64,000 nt of DNA from Octopus sinensis (Eukaryota), in the NCBI RefSeq assembly GCF_006345805.1, contig NC_042997.1:193812001-193876000 (forward strand), given 5' to 3'. The notes under the pieces were generated by a model that was not told the DNA's origin, made no database searches, and worked only from the letters and a program-made list of their open reading frames with translations. Below are positions 63,501 to 64,000 of the stretch, one piece after another. Both the position numbers and the translations under genes were made by a program. Positions within the stretch are counted from its first letter, which is position 1; each line of letters begins with the position of its first letter.

Positions 63501-64000
63501 AGCATTCTTCACTCCACTCTTACCACCTCCATTCACTACAAACACACAGACTCACACTCATACCTCAACTTCTCTTCCTCCCACCCAGAACACACCAAGC
63601 TTCCATCCATCCCCTATTCCCAATTCCTCCGTCTACGTAGGCTCTGTAGTGACGACCATGACTTTGAGACTCAGTCTCAACGTATGGCTCACACACTTCA
63701 CCTACGTGGATACCCCCTCACCACTATCCACACCGCCTTGCCAGAGCACGGTCCGTGGACCGTGTATCTGCTCTCTCTCCCCGAACCCGCCCCTGTAGTC
63801 TCCCCGCCTCCCTTTTCCCCTCACTTACCACCCCACGACCCTACGTCTCCAACGCACCATTCTTCGAGCTTTCCGTCATCTCCAGTCCGACCCGTCCACT
63901 TCACACCTCTTCCCTAACCGACCCCTCCCCTCTTTCAAACGACCCACAACCTTCGAGACCTTTTGGTCCATAGCTCCTTCCCTGACCCTACCTCCCAACC
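60595..64000 (+). mobile_element. Penelope-type retroelement: upstream pLTR, 5' region and frameshifted RT ORF running off the window
   Basis: Frame fragments read VHSFVRRVRL, ADIIIKPA, RTPRTPTIYFLPKIHKPNNPGRPIVSACNCP, GVAMGTRMGPNYANLFVGYVE, YGRYIDDIIG and LRGYP. Confidence 0.9.
60762..60799 (+). ncRNA. Minimal type I hammerhead motif (A6>U core variant) in the Penelope pLTR
   Basis: UCUUU-CUGUUGA-A-GAGC(GUAG)GCUC-GAA-ACGU-U-AAAGA: 5-bp stem I, 4-bp stem II and palindromic stem III. Confidence 0.65.

Overview
This is AT-rich, microsatellite-saturated animal genomic DNA. The repeat landscape resembles Octopus, but that is an inference from the repeats, not a database match. There are no prokaryotic features and no intact host gene. 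The window is mostly mobile DNA. (1) A young, 5'-truncated Penelope-like element (PLE) of the Naiad type has an uninterrupted 651-codon RT + GIY-YIG ORF (36187-38142), flanked by a 222-bp inverted terminal duplication carrying a type I hammerhead ribozyme (HHR) motif. (2) A frameshifted Penelope RT element runs off the right edge, preceded by a pLTR with another HHR motif. (3) There are further PLE scraps with HHR-like motifs and several long fold-back palindromes. (4) Four tRNA-derived SINE families occur, some as head-to-tail multimers. (5) There are GG-ended MITEs with 8-bp TSDs (Merlin-like), plus remnants of hAT, Tc1/mariner, pogo, Helitron, R4/Dong, CR1 and RTE elements. (6) A 3 x ~810-bp tandem array lies at 14289-16713. 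Among the repeats are degenerate + strand exons of a thioester-protein (TEP/CD109/alpha-2-macroglobulin family) gene, which the ORF track largely misses. The exons for the thioester region appear to be absent, and the retained exons carry a stop codon and compensating frameshifts.
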